Shown piece by piece: positions 10,198 to 15,204 of a stretch of 15,204 nucleotides of DNA. The stretch lies in assembly GCF_006345805.1 (NCBI RefSeq), contig NW_021825632.1, forward strand, positions 1 through 15,204. Direction: 5' to 3'. Origin of the DNA: Octopus sinensis (taxonomy: Eukaryota). How positions within the stretch are numbered: the stretch's first letter is position 1; every line of letters begins with the position of its first letter. The notes beneath the pieces are model-generated. The model was given only the letters and a program-made list of their open reading frames with translations, searched no databases and had not been told where the DNA came from. Position numbers and translations under genes: made by a program.

Positions 10198-10341
10198 CTA
10201 CAATGACTCCAACTATGATTCCAAGCAACAAAAGTATCACAAATCCAAGAATTAAAGTAGCTTTAGCATTTTTCCAGCACATTGACCTCCTTACATTTGT
10301 TGCACTCCTCTGAAAATGTACTGAACAGTCTTCAAGTTTTT
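10198..10341 (-). CDS. R-SNARE (synaptobrevin/VAMP family; VAMP7/VAMP8-like) exon: C-terminal half of the SNARE motif plus transmembrane helix
   Basis: (E)KLEDCSVHFQRSATNVRRSMCWKNAKATLILGFVILLLLGIIVGVIV resembles synaptobrevin C-termini (L...S..F...A..L.R.MWWKN.K + TM). Acceptor TTTTTTCTTAATTCTCATATTTCAG ends at 10342 and donor AG|GTAAAG starts at 10197; the exon is 144 bp, phase 1-1. Confidence 0.88.
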
Positions 10342-10808
10342 CTGAAATATGAGAATTAAGAAAAAACAAATATGCTTCAACTACTAGTATTTAAAATGTG
10401 ATTTAGGAATAGTGTCAAGGTAATATATGCACGTGAGAGAGAGAGAGAATGAGTATACATGAGAGTATGTATGTATAGAGAGAGAGAGATTACCAAGTCA
10501 TTTTGCCCCAACATGGATAAAATTATGTTAAACAACTTTGAAACTTTTGGGTTGATTTAGGGGTGATTTAATTGTACACTCTTTAATCAGCTGATGTTTT
10601 GATGTGGTTAATCTTTCTACAACAGTGAGGTTTTAGCAATTCTAAGAACAAATAACAAGACAGCAATAATATAACAGATTATGTTGACAGTATGTAGGTA
10701 CAGTTGAGATGTAATGATTAGATTAAAGATAGCAATTGGAAGGAATGACTCAGAGTTCTTCATTATCACCAGTAATATCCCTATGGAAACCCTTGAGGAA
10801 ATAGCACT

Positions 10809-10947
10809 CATCATTGTTGTTTTACATCTACTTGTTCATGTTTGCATGGGTTAGATAGAGACTTTGTAGTGGCAGAGATATTTTAATGGTCAGATGCTCC
10901 TCCTGGTGCCAACCTTCAACTGTTTCCAAGCAAAGTAATAATACCCC
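10809..10947 (-). mobile_element. Dispersed repeat fragment, same family as 2728-2860
   Basis: CATGTTTGCATGGGTTAGA..GGCAGA..AGATGCTCCTCCTGGTGCCAACC..TGTTTCCAAGCAAAGTAATA. Confidence 0.6.
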
Positions 10948-11109
10948 AGTCAGCTGAACAATGAACTGACCAGCTGGAGTTATACAGAGAACAGAAGAAA
11001 AAACACCACCAAATGAATGACACATTTGTTTACAATCAGTTATACACAGGAATATGAATGCAGCCTTACTTGCATACAATTACATATGCATGTGTGTTAC
11101 ATATACATA

Positions 11110-11199
11110 ATTTAATATTCACTTATACAGGCTTGTATGGGTCAGATGAATTTTATTCAGGAAGATTTTCTATGGTTGGATATCATTCTACTCACCAAC
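11110..11199 (-). mobile_element. Shorter, more decayed copy of the same dispersed repeat
   Basis: GCTTGTATGGGTCAGA..AGATTTTCTATGGTTGGAT..CACCAAC. Confidence 0.5.
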
Positions 11200-11202
11200 A
11201 AT

Positions 11203-13310
11203 TACACACACATATGTATACATATATACTCACATATATACACCTATACACACAATTATATATATACACACATATACACATCTATATACATATATACACA
11301 CATATACACATCTATATACATATATACACATATAGGCACAAATATATATATACATACATACATACATAGACACATATATACATATACACATATATGCATA
11401 CACACACACACACAGACACATATATATACATATACACATATATGCATACACACACACACACAGACACATATATATACATATACACATATATGCATACACA
11501 CACACACACACAGACACATATATATACATATACACATATATGCATACACACACACACACACAGACACATATATATACATATACACATATATGCATACACA
11601 CACACAGACACATATATATACATATACACATATATGCATATACACACACAGACACATATATATACATATACACATATATGCATACACACACACACATATG
11701 CATACACACACACACACACATATATATATACATATACACATATATGCATACACACACACACACACATATATATACATATACACATATATGCATACACACA
11801 CACATATATATACATATACACATATATGCATACACACACACACACACATATATATACATATACACATATATGCATACACACACACACACATATATATACA
11901 TATACACATATATGCATACACACACACACATACACATACATATACACATATATGCATACACACACACACACACATATATATACATATACACATATATGCA
12001 TACACACACACACACACATATATATATACATATACACATATATGCATACACACACACACACACACATATATACATATACACATATATGCATACACACACA
12101 CACACACATATATACATATACACATATATGCATACACACACACACCACATATATATACATATACACATATATGCATACACACACACACACCACATATATA
12201 TACATATACACATATATGCATACACACACACACACCACACATATATACATATACACATATGCATACACACACACACACACATATATATACATATACACAT
12301 ATATGCATACACACACACACACACACACATATATACATATACACATATATACATACACACACACACACACACACATATATATACATATACACATATATGC
12401 ATACACACACACACACACACATATATATACATATACACATATATGCATACACACACACACACACACACATATATATACATATACACATATATGCATACAC
12501 ACACACACACACACATATATATACATATACACATATATGCATACACACACACACACACATATATATACATATACACATATATGCATACACACACACACAC
12601 ACATATATATACATATACACATATATGCATACACACACACACACATATATACATATACACATATATGCATACACACACACACATATACATATACACATAT
12701 ATGCATACACACACACACATATACACATATATGCATACACACACACATATACATATACACATATATGCATACACACACACACATATACATATACACATAT
12801 ATGCATACACACACACACATATACATATACACATATATGCATACACACACACACATATACATATACACATATATGCATACACACACACACATATACATAT
12901 ACACATATATGCATACACACACACATATACATATACACATATATGCATACACACACACACATATACATATACACATATATGCATACACACACACATATAC
13001 ACATATATGCATACAAACACACATATACATATACACATATATGCATACACACACACATATACATATACACATATATGCATACACACACACACACATACAT
13101 ATACACATATATGCATACACACACACACACACATACATATACACATATATGCATACACACACACACACACATACATATACACATATATGCATACACACAC
13201 ACACACATATATATACACATATATGCATACACACACACACACATATATATACACATATATGCATACACACACACACACATATATATACACATATATATAT
13301 ATATATATAT
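11203..13310. repeat. 2.1-kb compound micro/minisatellite; unit approx. (TA)n-CATATACACATATATGCATA-(CA)n
   Basis: Read directly; the unit is roughly 30-48 bp, varying in CA and TA counts, with one ATGCAT per unit. Confidence 0.98.
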
Positions 13311-13359
13311 TATTGGTGAATTGTAGAAATGGAGCTGAACGCAGACTGAACAGAAATCG

Positions 13360-13458
13360 TTTTATTTCATTCTACACGTGTTTCGAAAGGCATAAATTAC
13401 CAAAATCCGATTGAATAATGGGACCATATTGTGTCTTTCTCTTCAGGAAGAAAAAAAG
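13360..13458 (-). ncRNA. Minimal type I hammerhead ribozyme motif (left copy)
   Basis: Minus strand: UUUCUUC-CUGAAGA(13446-13440)-GAAAGACAC..UGCCUUUC-GAAA(13384-13381)-C-ACGU-GUA|-GAAUGAAAUAAAA. Core, helix II, 2-bp helix III with a palindromic loop, and helix I are all present. Confidence 0.8.
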
Positions 13459-13488
13459 GAAATCCGTTGGAAAAACAAAAACAGAACA

Positions 13489-13770
13489 GAGGGCCACCGA
13501 CAAAATTGACCATTCCAGCCTATAGCTTAAGTTCGTATCCTTCAGTCGCCATATTAGCTTACTGAGTCCCGTGGTCTGGCGCTTGTTCACGTCCCGAAAA
13601 GTTGCGTAATGGTTGGAGACACGCAAAGACAATCTTGAGGATGATGCCCCTACATAAGTGAAGACATCTGAGTCCGTGTAAACCTTGCATTGGTAGACGG
13701 CGTTTTTGATCTTGGAGTTCGCCGACGTGAATCTTAATCTGCTAGGATTAGTTTCTGAAATTAGAACTTT
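13489..13770 (-). pseudogene. PLE GIY-YIG endonuclease, N-terminal part
   Basis: NAVYQCKVYTDSDVFTYVGASSSRLSLRVSNHYATF..TGLSKLIWRLKD..LEWSILSVAL: GIY/YIG-equivalent motifs AVY/YVG, then R..NH and LSK.IW.LK. Confidence 0.85.
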
Positions 13771-14056
13771 GTGTGTCTCCAACCATTACGCAACTTTTCG
13801 GGATGTGAACAAGCGCCAGACCACGGGACTCAGTAAGCTAATATGGCGACTGAAGGATACGAACTTAAGCTATAGGCTGGAATGGTCAATTTTGTCGGTG
13901 GCCCTCCCATTTGATAGGGGCAGAAGACAGTGCAACCTTTGTGTCTCCGAACTCTTCCATATTTTGTTTGCCAGAGGCCGGATGGTAAACGGGCTCCTAC
14001 AGTCGGCTTTTCGATGCCCCCATTGGCGGCGTTACACTTATCTGGCTTTTAAATAG
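13767..14056 (+). pseudogene. PLE GIY-YIG endonuclease, C-terminal part
   Basis: VSNHYATF..LSKLIWRLK..EWSIL..CNLCVSE..VN..CPH..* matches the C-terminal C.LC..E and N..C.H pattern of Penelope/Neptune-type endonucleases. Confidence 0.85.
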
Positions 14057-14646
14057 CGTTTATAAATAATACCGGCACCCATAGCCCTTGGTAACAAATT
14101 CTGAAATAGCCTTTAAGATATCTACGATTAACCACTGCAAGGGGAATTACTCCTGTAAGACAAACGGGGCTTGGTTTTTTCACAGCGGGGGGTTTCCTTG
14201 ACAAGGCAGGCTTAGATGAACACACACACACATAAAACATAATATATATATATTTTTTTCTTTCTGCCACCCAACGGTTATCACGGCAGTAGCCACTGAC
14301 AGCCGAACGATCAAACGCACACACGTACACAAAAAATGTTTTCTACCCCTACGCCAACACACACATATATAGAGCAGTATACACACACACACGTCTCTAA
14401 GTAGATTTTTTCTCGCCCCTTATAAAACATCCAATATTCCTTAAAGAGTCAGAACTTTATTCTCGGTCACAAAGAACATCTATACACCCTCACCCACATG
14501 ATTGACCGATGCCTGACCCGTTGAATTCTTCAGCCACCGGTTCTCAACATACACTGATAAACAGTTTCGCCATGGGCTCTTAGGAGCATAGTTCGATTTG
14601 TTTTTGCTCCGCCTCTGTTCTGTTTTTGTTTTTCCAACGGATTTCC

Positions 14647-14743
14647 TTTTTTTTCTTCCTGAAGAGAAGACACAATATGGTCCCATTATTCAATCGGATT
14701 TTGGTAATTTGTGCCTTCGAAACACATGTAGAATGAAATAAAA
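14647..14743 (+). ncRNA. Minimal type I hammerhead ribozyme motif (right copy)
   Basis: CUGAAGA 14659-14665, helix II GAAGACAC (14666-14673) / GUGCCUUC (14711-14718), GAAA 14719-14722, C-ACAU-GUA with predicted cleavage after 14730, and helix I UUUCUUC / GAA(U)GAAA. Confidence 0.78.
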
Positions 14744-14947
14744 CGATTTCTGTTCAATCTGCGTTCAGCTCCATTTCTTCAATTCACCAATAATGTTTTA
14801 TTTCAATTATCCGCACCAACGCACGGTTGCAACGCCAGATGGTTGTACCTCCAACCGTGCTGTTTACTGCTGTGATTTTTGCTACTAAGGTATCGGTTAA
14901 ACTTTTGATTAATCTACTACAAGATTATTCATCTTTCTATTTCACAT

Positions 14948-14951
<4 letters not shown>

Positions 14952-14994
<43 letters not shown>
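14952..14994. repeat. (TA)n microsatellite
   Basis: Read directly. Confidence 0.97.
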
Positions 14995-15004
14995 CAGATA
15001 CATA

Positions 15005-15078
15005 TAGGTAGAAACTCTATAAGATGTACCCAGTGTAAGCTAGGTAGAAACTCTATAAGATGTACCCAGTGTAAGCTA
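15005..15078. repeat. Perfect 36-bp tandem duplication
   Basis: TAGGTAGAAACTCTATAAGATGTACCCAGTGTAAGC at 15005-15040 and 15041-15076, followed by TA. Confidence 0.95.
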
Positions 15079-15204
15079 TGGACACATATGAGGTGCAGCA
15101 ATGTCAAAGGAAGGCTAACTGGGAGATAGTTTTTCTATGTGGCAGATGCTCGGGAGCATTACCTCTGAAAATCTGCAGAAAACAACTTCCGTCACTTTCC
15201 AGGA

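Larger units (their letters stand above)
13309..14950. mobile_element. Penelope-like retroelement (PLE), 5'-truncated, inverted/fold-back arrangement
   Basis: GIY-YIG endonuclease sequence on both strands, inverted arms 13309-13492/14612-14794 and 13489-13628/13767-13906, hammerhead motifs, and (TA)n on both flanks. The right boundary is approximate. Confidence 0.88.

Noticed and set aside
10198-10341. Assigning a specific symbol (VAMP7 or VAMP8)
   Set aside because: The N-terminus (longin domain or not) is outside what I can see, so the subfamily cannot be fixed.
10494-10640. Candidate upstream VAMP exon ending at TTG|GTAATC (10494)
   Set aside because: The phase-1 frame contains TGA just before the donor, and no frame resembles a SNARE motif.
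10617-10814. 65-aa hydrophobic ORF as a further membrane-protein exon
   Set aside because: It has no recognisable family motif and no convincing donor, and hydrophobic bias is expected from T-rich DNA.
11137-13414. Six ORFs of 624-729 aa
   Set aside because: They are translations of the CA/TA/TG satellite, which cannot form stop codons in most frames; the products are almost only H, T, Y, I, M, C, V and A.
14421-14427. TATAAAA as the PLE promoter
   Set aside because: It is a single short motif in AT-rich DNA with no independent support.
13907-14611. The 709-nt segment missing from the left arm as a spliced GC-AG intron (minus strand)
   Set aside because: GC..AG ends can be drawn, but there is no polypyrimidine tract; the CCTC microhomology explains the deletion more simply.
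14049-14686. Minus-strand ORFs 14049..14330, 14180..14392 and 14480..14686
   Set aside because: They lie antisense in the PLE non-coding region, cross microsatellites, and show no protein motifs.

Overview
AT-rich, microsatellite-laden animal genomic DNA. The repeat families resemble octopus/cephalopod repeats as I recall them; this was not searched. There is no prokaryotic content and no CRISPR. One host gene is partly visible on the minus strand: an R-SNARE (synaptobrevin/VAMP family) with a 144-bp SNARE-end/transmembrane exon (10198-10341) spliced to an inferred terminal exon (5848-5933) that adds a 27-aa luminal tail. Its upstream exons were not found in the window. Most of the rest is transposon-derived: a disrupted CR1/L2-type LINE (103-2700), SINE and RTE-tail fragments, a decayed LINE RT, an RTE remnant with a 202-bp piece amplified about 4.8 times in tandem, a split mariner, and a 2.1-kb purine/pyrimidine-alternating satellite. 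The most interesting object is a Penelope-like element (13309-14950) folded back on itself as nested inverted repeats. It carries GIY-YIG endonuclease sequence and two minimal type I hammerhead ribozyme motifs, one per strand, which differ by a compensatory base-pair indel in helix II. All very long ORFs in the supplied track are repeat artefacts.
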